From positions 64,001-128,000 of IMG/VR virus record IMGVR_UViG_3300027782_000030: a DNA stretch of 64,000 bases; one strand, written 5' to 3'. The position numbers were made by a program, and so were the translations under genes. The notes below the pieces were generated by a model. That model had not been told where the DNA came from. It saw nothing but the letters and a program-made list of their open reading frames with translations, and ran no database searches. Positions 49,601 through 54,888 of this stretch are shown here, one piece after another. This DNA comes from a virus. Its lineage: Duplodnaviria; Caudoviricetes. Position 1 is the first letter of the stretch. The number at the start of each line of letters is the position of its first letter.

Positions 49601-50728
49601 ATAAGTGGGGGATATGTTTGGATTGATACTATATTCACTCTAGTTACTGTAGATGCAACTGCAACTTCGACTGATCCAATTAATGGAAATAGAATTACCG
49701 TGTCAACTACTCTTAATCTAGTAATAGACACCCCTGTCATATTTACTGAGTTTGGTACAGCTTTAGGTGACACATTATTAGGTGGATTGGTTGCAGGAAC
49801 TACTTATTATATTAAAGAAATCTTTAATTTAACTGAATTTTCAGTGTCCAGTGCTAGAGATGGCGATGAATTTGTTTTAACTAATGACGCAGGAACAATG
49901 AATGTTACACAGTGGGAACAGGACAATGTTGATCGTTTATGGGTAACTGTTAATGGTTATCGTGTACCATCAAGTTCATTGAGAATCAACCCTGCTAATA
50001 ATTTAAGCATATTGACTACAATTCAAGTAGGTGATGTAATAATTATTACTAGTATGATGCCTTCTCCGACTCCAAATGAACAAGTGTTTTTAATTAATGT
50101 GAATACGGTGAATCAAGGTGTAGTATATAGAGCAAATACACAAACTAGAACTTGGTTAGTAGAACCACTTTATAATACACATGACACGATATATGTTGAT
50201 GATGTAACTAGAATAACCGATACAGTAGTACAAAATGTTACAACTCCCGCTCCAGTTGATGGTATATACAGTATTGGCTTAAGTGCTGATAAAAATATGA
50301 TTTCTAGCATTGCCGTATTCAATGTTAGTACCAATCTTACTGTCCCTAGTAACACCTATGAAATTGTAGTAGAAAATTTATCTCCTATACTTAAAATTAG
50401 TACGGAATATGTGAACACAGGCGATAATTTAATTATAACCGTCTTAGAAGGCAACATGTTGTTTATTAATGGGGAGCAGATTAAATTCACTAGCGTAGAC
50501 TTTGATTATAATAGTATAACAGGGTTACAGCGTGGAGCAAATGGCACAGGTGAACAGGTATACATCCCGCAATATAGTGAGGTATTTAGTTTATTGTCAT
50601 CTAATAGAATGACTAATATCCTATATAATCAAACTTGGAACTCATATGATTATAATCCAACTCTAGGAGATCCGTTGCAGATAAGTAATACTCAAGCAGC
50701 AGTTTTCTTAAATGGCGATGTTAATTAA
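31688..50728 (+). CDS. Giant (6346 aa) baseplate wedge/receptor-binding scaffold protein (positional gp7 equivalent)
   Basis: Single 19-kb ORF directly after gp6. Beta-rich, with repeated ~60-aa modules, FG-GAP-like repeats and Asp-box-like repeats. Confidence 0.8.
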   Translation: MATRIRTLNFLPEIFQTPTNAQFLAASLDQLVAQPLTKTIQGYVGSRFGYGVNAKDYYVTEPTKVRTDYQLDPGVVFTKTNLSTAQDFISYPGILDALKLEGALTADNSRLFNSQFYSWDSFTNLDKIINFNQYYWIPEGPEQVVVSSDTVFATNDYLVTDVVNGYNIIPVTSTEAGTTNPTLTLLRGGTYTFAVNQSGQFWIQGAPGVTGYSPTQPNLQTRDVYGVDNNGATIGTVTFTVPPKDAQNNYNFPGNNLVDVVSDIPFNEVNGARVSDLGGIDGVTALNGLTVMFYNTGITNEIGFTSNFFDYTNYDYNNNLVATETVDVTATASTGNLITCDSTSNLVVGNSIVFSGVGFGGLSIYSETLPDTLYFVESITSPTEFSVSLTVGGAQVVLSDDTGTLVGTTNQGLLEEGFYTTVNQNFYTIEYIGDVANPIIRLIPSSLIPTNQKITANFGTQWISRVFYKNEFGIINIVPFISAPLDTLYYQDGTSANKVGIIRIIDSNITNTLDVETDILGQLQFTATNGVVFTNGLKVVFQGDVIPASYKTGAYYVEGVGSGIELIPVSNLISPDPFTASTYVPWDTTAWDIGNWEGTSYIPVTPDYITIARNSIDLNAWSRSNRWFHIDVINATAEYNNDPTLFTLYATPENKAKRPIIEFYPNLRLFNTGTEGKDPIDFIDFRTTDAFSQVAGQENYYPDVTAYTGYDAVIATVVADTTTDIVIPIDSVQGTFAIGQYVADSTNLLPTNSYITDIVTTTTTVTLTIEWTFATSFTGTAVASVISTDTTVDNYALFDGSRVVFAVDTDANVRNKIYVSRFSSINGSTPVITLTEATDGEVLVNQGTVVLRGYVNQGNDFYFDGIEWIEAQEKITVNQPPLFNVFDENGVSFGNADLYVGTSFIGNKLFAYGIGAGINDIVLGFPIRYSSVDNVGDISFDVSLNLDTFNYVQGNEPITQRVNTGYVHQAVNRTEYIRQIGWQTAVSPSIQYQIFEFDYDVLNPTTTFTCDIAMMDVADTNWPNIEVYINNVIQDNTTYTVTVNSNSTVVTLNDTIIDNTVIQILLLSNQVSKTAYYSIPINLNNNPFNEDITVANVGDIRGQYQSIFFNNPNTTGPVFGSNNFRDLGNLVPWGNRIIQNSASLVLPSVFLRKQNHSLFNSLLFNNREYIKFKTLLVDTVNNTDYVQRYSPSEILDNALDQITFSKTDNQPFFWSDMLPSKAAYITNTYTFANSLDVSIYSLSRIYDFTTANYYGVLVYLTRTVENITATKQLIINQDYTVSSDSPSLTITLDLLPGDIITIKEYNQTYGSYVPNTPTKLGLYPAFIPAVVQDINYSQPTYFILGHDGSYNKLYGNYLPNANLLVDFRDQALLEYETRVYNNLKLSNAIPIQAYEVLPGFFRTTDYSFDEWLEIYSVGFLNWVGQNRLDYKRQLFQTNNEFTYNYWQSGNAINREAIYQGYWRGIYQYYYDTSTPNTTPWEMLGFVNKPSWWETRYGPAPYTSDNLVLWTDLSEGIDWNDGNPVVIPAAVRPELLQVIPVDSSGDLLSPLRNIVGSYNSNIFQRDWKVGDDAPVEFSYRRSSSYPFDLMRILALTKPAEFFNLGVDLDNYKYSEEFGQYLVNNRSHLVISNVEIYGSGTAKTSYINWIVDYEKQVGVDATANITTLLDNLDVRLVYRLAGFSDKTLLKFYVEKGTPNSRNASLLIPDESYSILLYDNQPFNRVIYSGVVVQINQYGFSVFGNSQTQTYFKTLKPYYNGNYERIAVDNLTVKVSQDHSEVEVIVPYNTIYGTVQEVATFLSNYGAWLRNLGLTFEQQANELEINWNQMIAEFLYWAQTGWEEGSIVTLNPAARTIAFNKDSNIVQPLTIQQTNFILNQNLYPIQNRDLAIIREGTLFTATALNDGDAISYAQFNISNFEHGIVFDNITLFNDILYNLVTGLRQNRITLRGTKSADWNGTVDAQGFIYNQDNIKEWNNTVTYTKGEIVLYKNKYWVALKIVQPKLVFEELEWKRTDYDEIQKGLLPNSSTRSYESTLYYDVNKANLENDADLLSFSLIGYRPRDYLALADLTDITQVNVYKNLIKSKGTRNATNAFKGANLPQGGIDYDIYENWAIKSGEFGGLLNNNFVQFKINQNYMTGNPSIVGLTNGVYNEGVQQEVPLYSLFNYGRPITSVDILPTISAQEPSTVYPTAGYVNFNDVKMSSYFYSQLPLAVDSNNLVVPLSRLYVRDYVWMANYLQRWEVFTPKSMGIILNVSNNLNDTATVTFKTPHNLTRFEPFAIVNFSDAVNGYYISTVVVDQYRVLITLTLDPSVTNITGQGVGFRFQSQRVAQPSNIADLPLLDSEFFKNTAWVDENTDGGWAVYRKGINYQYQLEFTKSSSDTFGSAVATGSQLGYLIGDADLGQAYRYTFNDLTQTYALVQTLSSGTSFGSTIAYSSDIYVISEPTTSPYIHIYQLQNSTLSDDLIVYQAAIAAPGGVTNWGSAVAISGNTNWIYVSDIVNNTVHVYRKANITTPATNLTAGQTYIITDAGTTDFTLVGATSSDVGTAFVASGVGTGTGLATKSTYQKVTSIDGDALSLTVAGDNFGYSLATDYYGDTLIIGTPNKDYSATIDNWGYVYVFDRAVQNIQVQTNSVPLTPQVFNLAWTPTTLSKTLTATNSTGNLLTLNSVAGITVNDPIIFTGSGLAGTEIIADEVYYVRSIVGSDITIKLGRFTTSAVTVATVSSISVPTTVQNTPIYVSVNGTLVEDSEYAIISNTLIYTGLLSAGDIINVSGQDFTLIQTLTTENTPKVGVHFGNSVDTTIYASEIIAGAPYELVTQIKEGAVYRYTNGGGKYGIIIGTSDVNVTTPRNVLINGFLVTVPTGNATTVANAINAVAIPNIVASAIDGKLVLSLVDNNLAQVNEKILLSATNSATLGELGINIFTQTQTVECPHTNSRTQFGTVVKFNEYGSFVASAPVGTRFSDTTFDFIDDENQDNDTVFDNNTTTWIDTFPNAGAVYMFDYLANYNESLLNCGKFVYAQSVNGQNLEYGLQPNYGTALDFNNYSVIIGTPGFSPTNGQAIAYTNTSNQKDWSVYRSSAPVVDINGIANIQLFSARTNETLINMDYIDPLQGKILGAARENIDYVANTDPATYNNGELVPSNLVWGAIQIGQIWFNTTNVRYVNYHQNNNTYNSKYWGTLFPNSDVAVYTWITSDTLPINYIGSGTVYDPTKYSIQYVINPSGALSPIYFYWVRDTGIITPNLGKTLADSIIAAYIANPRNSGISYFAPLLPSVYALYNVGDYINANDSVLNIGFGTGTSDDVVHNQYDLIRVNFADDFLPGLPDIYLGETEPYSLYARLLDSLSGTDVSGQVVPDPFLPLAVQTGVLVRPRQSFFYDRLGAVKNFFESLNEIVKEYPFFEISDATFIYASGEFFDATNYWETINWWAPGYNDNTKSTIQVPIYSDLATLSVTEGTIVTVATNGLGLSETYIFANNEWLRIGLTNGTIKFKSSLWDYAGARIGFGDNFFDTSPYDYYPSEETRWLARALTEQLPSELLIYRNKILILLFEYIVSETIETQNYLPWLNKTSFIDVAHTIRELLPIEVFQSDNQTFLEGYLNEVKPYHVVIKDFLFKYTGTNVYQGNITDFDVPAQFNTSIQRWVSPQLVYSNPSDVNQYLPTSPIWQEPDYINWFQNYGVSLTGQDGVQITTLTSYLALNSAEMSVNNAQGFPINGVVQIGTEQIGYSSVDRNLSVLTGLTRGVNGTLITNHIPGELIYINLPAVLVLDGGRGYTEPPKVIAYIDPLLYPLPTVPAVLTAVMSLDSVLRVDVVNPGQGYAVLPKIIIDPSTVISFASSAVSTTYNTIILYAPLLQTGDLVQYKVSAGGTQIGGLENNQWYYVNLLETSPTVVVALYSNYTDATYDVNRVKLFSTGTGDQSLSLGAKASAISTALPVRENNITLRFDRTTYTSQVIDWQAGQYYGAYYAGEYNNSESVASSSIKLQSTQPPISSILASAQGAVFEIENVRNDRVVTYSSFIRQVASTQILDNSITLTTFSNNPLDVNASGSTIGFYVGMPIKFAGAVIGGLVNDTVYYVHSIIDDTNFTISESSTGSPVKTLSNGTVSAAGLECYVGEVTDTAILTVIYPAITNVTATQAATNALTIPLNATGTGGTIGFYINLPVFFTGTMLGGVIENQVYYITTVINNQTFTMSETTNPITLNITSTDGTFDYITTSDDTSVLSINEPIIFNTMVVVGVDVLTFGGLVSGTTYYVSAIVNASTFQVSASINGPSLNLSTVTTATTTSALMTSQKNIVQLTTATGSDMVININLPVSPGQVNGQQFTLYQTSEQYIGLTGTDGSLINRTIGAVIGTTDIVALTSLSGGTTNVYIGMPLEISQNIGSLVTGTTYYVIDVGTIEIECTSTSSSTDAITCDTTDSLYVDMPIIFTGTSLGGISINVEYYVHTIVDGTHFKITGSPNDAVITLQNSNGTMIGTGEPYIQLSTTIGGSVEPTGDSQQAASISVASPAVITVAAAPANGTKVEFRSTGALPTGLFENITYYVINSAVTTFNVAYVPSGTAINTTGSGSGTNIVIVTDEVFIDQTPLAVPEFDVSYILGGYRAVISDPGLGYAVNNTITILGTDIGGTSPLNDLTITVDAVNGTGEITNVACSGTVAGVTDSYYLQVISPNELAVYSNPLMTVPVSGINFPYIGITSTTATGTNLGTDIITVDSTTGFLVNDPVVFTGNVVGGLVLGQTYYILDNVNFTSTTLQVSETPAGSVFNITATTSVQSFTMAKVGDFALLPEPFNFNQSIVKFNNRVYVCVVSNNDQEFIFGKWELLTSGDRRLNALDRIIGYYQPTINMPGVDLTQLVDGIIYPNSTYLGNAFQPDQQFEIDTYLQDQPFYPTEVQSKSVVWNGTNYFVVADTSSYSTILYSPTGDDWVFNKVSDSNLATTDLNYVNGKYLITTNNPATPILLSIDGVEWTASESYVSLGEVTATPIADGQLVLNSINYFNGVYIAVGQNINTSIDGVTWRERFKFTNGLTNELYSVFGTTIALSAPYIAVGKGQFIDYSTGLQTVSNINLVYTSYDSINWNQATPVTNKGFYGITYDTNIFIAVGEAGVIYTSQNGASWFGINETTVTSVNSSSNILNVAATAGFNVNDIVRFTESFNVISSATTYYVVSIPSLTQIQVSTTLGGLPITLTSVNPTTTAYMYLYPRTQDLNDVLYANGAFIAVGDAGTILTSATGYTWTTVASGVVENLNGINYNEDDGVWIAVGDNNTIITSDDNGATWTSSSVLVVDPTVYNVQGAEFSYGYGPEELVPGVVTDNIMLTVATRPGTDWPAVEYQHVGYNVVSLELTPEFENQTYYSFLYAVTTPAQLTVSVIDGTTGISTTIYPDASYYIDWVTSQVILNNPLTFSPVADRLRIDVYEVGNGNQLVKSSTKSDPIRINTTTGWNEINLDCNYSATRFNGSGVIRAGTELKNTVATATTSSTNIITCASVEDFVLNSPITFQGTTFGNILEDTIYYVKTISYVTSSITVSTTYNVSTGTAGPTLPLTTDTGSMVVIIQVGSGAVWTDPICYLNGAKLVLGTTETVTKTNGITNTVTCHTTGTLIVGQNITFSDTMFGGVIQPQTVYTILSISDANEFVLEDPTNPGNPLALTTATGGAEIVTNDYAFGIAEDGITAKIVFAVGTYNNQSDYISYTVFGETVPTQYGYTIPETQIIYPATGGSTYALTNYVGTDNVTNAIVEVNGLRVLDTNYTIDPNLDEITFTTIPAVGDTISITSYNLTDRQYLSTMYDVNSATSTVANIVAINNTIAPYIATTNVSSCTSVGNLITCVSTSGFVIGQTIIFKGTGFGNILTDGTVYYIKTVPGLTTFTISQTNGGSAFDPGTDSGLIVAYVGGTPAVRITTGVPHALTTNEIVRIDGTLGSIQLNNNTFYVHVINSTQVDLYSEAYDPAFAAVNYPITAISSYISGGYVWIDTIFTLVTVDATATSTDPINGNRITVSTTLNLVIDTPVIFTEFGTALGDTLLGGLVAGTTYYIKEIFNLTEFSVSSARDGDEFVLTNDAGTMNVTQWEQDNVDRLWVTVNGYRVPSSSLRINPANNLSILTTIQVGDVIIITSMMPSPTPNEQVFLINVNTVNQGVVYRANTQTRTWLVEPLYNTHDTIYVDDVTRITDTVVQNVTTPAPVDGIYSIGLSADKNMISSIAVFNVSTNLTVPSNTYEIVVENLSPILKISTEYVNTGDNLIITVLEGNMLFINGEQIKFTSVDFDYNSITGLQRGANGTGEQVYIPQYSEVFSLLSSNRMTNILYNQTWNSYDYNPTLGDPLQISNTQAAVFLNGDVN

Positions 50729-50731
50729 ATG

Positions 50732-50742
50732 ATAAATAAATA
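50732..50742 (+). promoter_or_regulatory. Two overlapping late promoter boxes
   Basis: ATAAATA at 50732-50738 and at 50736-50742, immediately before the ATG at 50745. Confidence 0.55.
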
Positions 50743-50744
50743 CT

Positions 50745-50897
50745 ATGAAAGATAAATCTTCAGAAAGCCAAGAAAATAAGGTTCCAGTACCTGAAAAAAA
50801 ACCCAATGAAAATGGAGGTTTTTATTTTTCTTCGCATCTGAAAATTACAGACCCAAATACTAAACAAGTGCTAGTGCAAAAAAGAGGCGATAACTAA
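50745..50897 (+). CDS. Small protein (50 aa), below the ORF-track cutoff
   Basis: Translates as MKDKSSESQENKVPVPEKKPNENGGFYFSSHLKITDPNTKQVLVQKRGDN*. It fills the gap, and its TAA overlaps the next ATG. Confidence 0.72.
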   Translation: MKDKSSESQENKVPVPEKKPNENGGFYFSSHLKITDPNTKQVLVQKRGDN

Positions 50898-51517
50898 TGT
50901 CGGTGATTACATTATCCTATAGAATAGAAGGTTTTTTGAAAATCTACGATCCAAATAATGGAGAAATATTTGTAGAAAAGAAAAACGCTATTAACTACGA
51001 AAACATGTCAGAAGCTATTGCTAATACTTTAAGTAGTCGTGGTTATGGTGAGATTTACGAAATGGCATTTGGAAATGGTGGGGCAAGCGTAGACGAAACA
51101 GGTGTGATTACATATCTACCTCCAAACACAACTGGAATTAATGCATCATTATATAACCAAACTTATGCTAAAATTGTAGATGATACTAGTGTGTTTAATT
51201 TAGATCCTACTAGAAATAAGATGACGGTTACCCATGTAACTGGAAAACTTTATACAGACATTTTGGTACAGTGTTTATTAGACTATGGCGAGCCTGCAGG
51301 ACAAGATGCATTTGATAATAGTACACAAACTGACGGGCAATATGTATTTGATGAATTGGGATTATTGGCTAATTATGGTACAGATAATCTTGGACAAGTA
51401 ATAACACGATTGTTAACTCATGTCATCTTTCATCCTGTACAAAAAAGTTTAAATAGACAAATTCAAATAGATTACACAGTGCGAATACAAAGTCTTACGA
51501 ACTTGGTAACTATTTAA
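50897..51517 (+). CDS. Baseplate/fibre-attachment structural protein
   Basis: Beta-rich 206 aa within the tail cluster (FDELGL, THVIFHPVQKSLNR). Confidence 0.6.
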   Translation: MSVITLSYRIEGFLKIYDPNNGEIFVEKKNAINYENMSEAIANTLSSRGYGEIYEMAFGNGGASVDETGVITYLPPNTTGINASLYNQTYAKIVDDTSVFNLDPTRNKMTVTHVTGKLYTDILVQCLLDYGEPAGQDAFDNSTQTDGQYVFDELGLLANYGTDNLGQVITRLLTHVIFHPVQKSLNRQIQIDYTVRIQSLTNLVTI

Positions 51518-51518
51518 G

Positions 51519-51525
51519 ATAAATA
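51519..51525 (+). promoter_or_regulatory. Late promoter box (ATAAATA)
   Basis: Intergenic, upstream of a GGAG SD. Confidence 0.5.
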
Positions 51526-51550
51526 AAAAAGATATCGGAGTAATTGAAAA

Positions 51551-52777
51551 ATGGCATATACAATTGTTAAAAGTGATGGTACAGTATTAACGACCATTCC
51601 TGATGGTACAATTAATACAACTAGCACTTCTATTGGACTGCCGGGTAGAAACTACGCAGGATATGGGCAAACATTAGATACAAATTTTGTACATCAACTA
51701 GAAAATTTTGCCGATACTACTCCACCTGCTAATCCTCTAAGAGGGCAACTTTGGTATAATACTAATAATAGTACGCTTTATGTTTGTCCAACTGACGGTG
51801 AAGCTAATTCATTAGCATGGTTGGCATTAACATCTACTTCTAGTGGTGGAACAACTACATTCGGTGCGGTGACTGTAACCGGTAATATACAATCAAATAA
51901 TATCTCTGCTGTAAATAACAGCAATGCAAACGCTGCTACATTTAGCTATCTTACTGTCTCTGCAAATGCCAATATTGCAGACGCAAATATTACTTCTTCT
52001 AATATCGGTGGATTAATAACAACTTCTATATCTACTGGATCAGCAACTACAGCTGGTACACTAACAGGAGTTTGGACAGTCTCAGGTGGTGCTGGTGGTG
52101 CAGGAGCAAACGCTGTAATTTTTAATAGCGGTGGAATTTATATTAGTAATTCCGCAGGTGGTAATTTATACGGTATTAAAACTGACAAATATATGTACGC
52201 AAACGGAGATCCTATCTCTTTTGCAGGTACATATAGTAATTCAAACGTTTCATCTTTTTTACCTACTTATAATGGCAATCTTCTTGCTGCAAACGTTCAA
52301 ACACCTATTGTTACAACCGGAGCTAATACCACTCCAGGCACTATAACAGGTAATTGGACTCTAACAACAGGATCTAGATTTAACGCAACATATGCTGACT
52401 TGGCTGAAAGATTCGAAGCCGACGATCTATATGATGCAGGTACTGTAGTTGAATTGGGCGGAGAAAGAGAAATAACCTCAGTGAAGTATGAACTAAGTGA
52501 AGATGTATTTGGCGTCATATCAAATAGCGTAGCATACTTGATGAATTCAGGGGCTGGATCAGATGCTACTCACCCTGCTGTAGCAGTAGGTGGTAGGGTA
52601 CATGTTAAAGTCACGGGTAAAGTTCATAAAGGTCAACGATTGGTAAGTGCTGGTCAAGGTATTGCTAGAGGTGCCCTAGAAGGCGAAGCGACTGCATTTA
52701 ACACAATTGGTCGTGCATTGGCTAACAAAGAATCACTAGATGTTGGTACAGTAGAAGCCATTGTTATCATACGATAA
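51551..52777 (+). CDS. Tail fibre/spike-like protein with C-terminal intramolecular chaperone-like (peptidase G2-type) domain
   Basis: N-terminal LENFA...GQLWYN, T/S/G/N-rich shaft, and C-terminal YADLAERF...GTVV...VFGVIS...GRVHVKV...KGQRLVS...IGRAL. Confidence 0.62.
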   Translation: MAYTIVKSDGTVLTTIPDGTINTTSTSIGLPGRNYAGYGQTLDTNFVHQLENFADTTPPANPLRGQLWYNTNNSTLYVCPTDGEANSLAWLALTSTSSGGTTTFGAVTVTGNIQSNNISAVNNSNANAATFSYLTVSANANIADANITSSNIGGLITTSISTGSATTAGTLTGVWTVSGGAGGAGANAVIFNSGGIYISNSAGGNLYGIKTDKYMYANGDPISFAGTYSNSNVSSFLPTYNGNLLAANVQTPIVTTGANTTPGTITGNWTLTTGSRFNATYADLAERFEADDLYDAGTVVELGGEREITSVKYELSEDVFGVISNSVAYLMNSGAGSDATHPAVAVGGRVHVKVTGKVHKGQRLVSAGQGIARGALEGEATAFNTIGRALANKESLDVGTVEAIVIIR

Positions 52778-52786
52778 GGATAAAAA

Positions 52787-53740
52787 ATGACTTACGCACA
52801 ATATGGAACGGTACAAGCATCAGATTTTAATACGCTAGTAGGCGGTAACCCTACTACAACATCAGGTACACTTAATGCAGTTTGGGCAACAGGTGGTACA
52901 AACGCAGGTTATGGACAAACAGCGGTAGCTAATGTGGCAGCAGGTGGTTCAGTAGCGGCGACAAGTCAATGGGCTAGTTTAGTAAATAATACTGCTAATT
53001 CTGCTTCACACCAAGGTACTTCCATCACTTCAGTTACCGCACCTGCAGCAGGTGGAACAATTACATACCTTTCTGCTATCCCTACAAATTTAACAACGAT
53101 TTATACAAGTAGATTGAACGCTGCTACACAGGGATCAACTACAACAAATACCGCTACATATGGCAGCACTTGGTCAACTGCCATTACATTTACTCACACT
53201 GTTACTTTTAGTTCAGGTGACGCAGCACGTTACTTTTTTAATGCAGGTGGACAGTTGAAAGTTACATGTGCCCATGCTAATAATACTGCAGGGATAAATC
53301 TATTATTAAATAACTTGGCAAGTAACGTAGGTACAGTAGCATTAAGCTCGCCAATAACAGGTTCTGTTACAATTGCAAGTACATCATATAATGGGGTAAC
53401 TAGAGTGGGAGGCGGTGGAAATGCACCTACAATTTCTACTAATTCAGGTTACTATGCTCTTGGAGTAGCTAATACTACTCTGTTTACTCAAACTGCTAGT
53501 ACAGGTCCTGCTGGTTATTTAGCTACATACATAAGCATAATTGCTAAGACAAACGGCACTCAAGGGTCGAACGGAGATGTAGGCAATATCATCACTATAT
53601 ACACAGTTTGGGATGAAGTTCCAGACGGTTTAACTGCTGGCACAGGTTCTGCAACTACTGTTACCATAGTGCCACCAGAAAGTGTTTATTTACCAAGTGC
53701 TAGTTGGGGAACACCTACAGTCACCGGCACCGTAGTATAA
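52787..53740 (+). CDS. Thr/Ser/Gly/Ala-rich virion structural protein
   Basis: 317 aa, almost free of charged residues, in the tail cluster. SD AAGGA upstream. Confidence 0.65.
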   Translation: MTYAQYGTVQASDFNTLVGGNPTTTSGTLNAVWATGGTNAGYGQTAVANVAAGGSVAATSQWASLVNNTANSASHQGTSITSVTAPAAGGTITYLSAIPTNLTTIYTSRLNAATQGSTTTNTATYGSTWSTAITFTHTVTFSSGDAARYFFNAGGQLKVTCAHANNTAGINLLLNNLASNVGTVALSSPITGSVTIASTSYNGVTRVGGGGNAPTISTNSGYYALGVANTTLFTQTASTGPAGYLATYISIIAKTNGTQGSNGDVGNIITIYTVWDEVPDGLTAGTGSATTVTIVPPESVYLPSASWGTPTVTGTVV

Positions 53741-53765
53741 TTTTATACCACTAGTAAATATCCAT

Positions 53766-53772
53766 CTAAATA
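53766..53772 (+). promoter_or_regulatory. Late promoter box (CTAAATA) heading the GT/radical SAM operon
   Basis: Intergenic, followed by an AGGAG SD and the ATG at 53789. A second variant GTAAATA lies at 53754-53760. Confidence 0.55.
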
Positions 53773-53788
53773 CTCGTAGGAGAGTATT

Positions 53789-54094
53789 ATGGATACTAAG
53801 ACACTAATTGCAGATGCTAAAGCTAGATTTAGCCATAATGCAGCCAAAGCTTATTTAAAAGACAAGTACGATAGCAAATTTATTGTTGCTGATCAAGGTG
53901 GACTTTGGCGCGCCAATTTAGAAACTATTAATTTTTTGAATGCAGTGACAGATGAAAGAGTTATTTTAATTGACACCTTTGACAATCCTGTAGAAGTAAA
54001 TAGACAGGAGTTAAAAGATAAGTTATATGCTGCATACAATGTTAGCATGAATAGTTGGCATCAAGAATGGGTTGAACTAGAGAATAAACGATGA
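53789..54094 (+). CDS. Hypothetical protein (101 aa), possibly a fibre-assembly chaperone
   Basis: Strong SD and stop/start overlap with the next gene. The function is a positional guess. Confidence 0.6.
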   Translation: MDTKTLIADAKARFSHNAAKAYLKDKYDSKFIVADQGGLWRANLETINFLNAVTDERVILIDTFDNPVEVNRQELKDKLYAAYNVSMNSWHQEWVELENKR

Positions 54095-54888
54095 GAGGAG
54101 TTCTCTTATTTGCGTTTAACAGCCCAAAATTTAATTACTATGACATGGCTGTGGCTACGGCAAAACGTGCTAATCATTTTTTAGGGTTACCAGTAACGTT
54201 AATAACGGATGAAGAATCACTGCCTGAAACCTCTACATATAAATTTGATAATATCATAGTAACAGAACCTGATAAAAACAACAGGCGTGATTGGGGCATG
54301 TGGATAAACAAGGGAAGATATAAAGCATATGAGTTCAGTCCATATGATGAAACTATATTGTTAGATGTAGATTATGTTATTAATTCTAATAAATTATTAG
54401 ATACTTTTAATTTACCTACAGATTTTTGTTGTCACGATACTACTAGTTTTTTAATGAATCCCGAAGCTACTCAAGAAGTACTAAGTGGATATAGTTTTAA
54501 AACTCTATGGGCTACAGTCATTACTTTTAAAAAAACTTTAAGGGCTAGGCAAGTATTTGAGTGCCTTCAAATGGTTCAACATAATTTTGACCATTATTCA
54601 AACATTCATGGGTTTATTGCTAATACCTTTCGTAACGATTACGCATTAACACTGGCCCTAAGAATTGTTAATGGACACCTAGATAGAGAAGAAGATGTTA
54701 TACCTTGGAATCTAGTACATATCGGAAAGAACACTACAATCTATCCTGAAACTGATGATGAGTTTAATGTTGAATACACTGTAATGTTTGATAATTGGAA
54801 AAGAGGAAAAATTCGTAAAGAATTCATTACTATTAAAGATACTGACTTTCATGTTATGAATAAAGAAAACATGTTGAGGCTTATATGA
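54091..54888 (+). CDS. GT-A fold nucleotide-sugar transferase-like protein
   Basis: N-terminal hydrophobic strand GVLLFAF, then LITD and a DxD motif in SPYDETILLDVDY. Confidence 0.65.
   Translation: MRGVLLFAFNSPKFNYYDMAVATAKRANHFLGLPVTLITDEESLPETSTYKFDNIIVTEPDKNNRRDWGMWINKGRYKAYEFSPYDETILLDVDYVINSNKLLDTFNLPTDFCCHDTTSFLMNPEATQEVLSGYSFKTLWATVITFKKTLRARQVFECLQMVQHNFDHYSNIHGFIANTFRNDYALTLALRIVNGHLDREEDVIPWNLVHIGKNTTIYPETDDEFNVEYTVMFDNWKRGKIRKEFITIKDTDFHVMNKENMLRLI

Noticed and set aside
31688-50728. CRISPR array, DGR template/variable repeats, or intein/intron in the giant gene
   Set aside because: The repeats are visible only at protein level. I saw no identical nucleotide repeats with spacers, no reverse transcriptase, no intein motifs and no frame break.
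19874-50728. Intragenic ATAAATA occurrences as promoters
   Set aside because: The heptamer occurs by chance in AT-rich DNA. Only copies in intergenic or start-proximal positions were reported.
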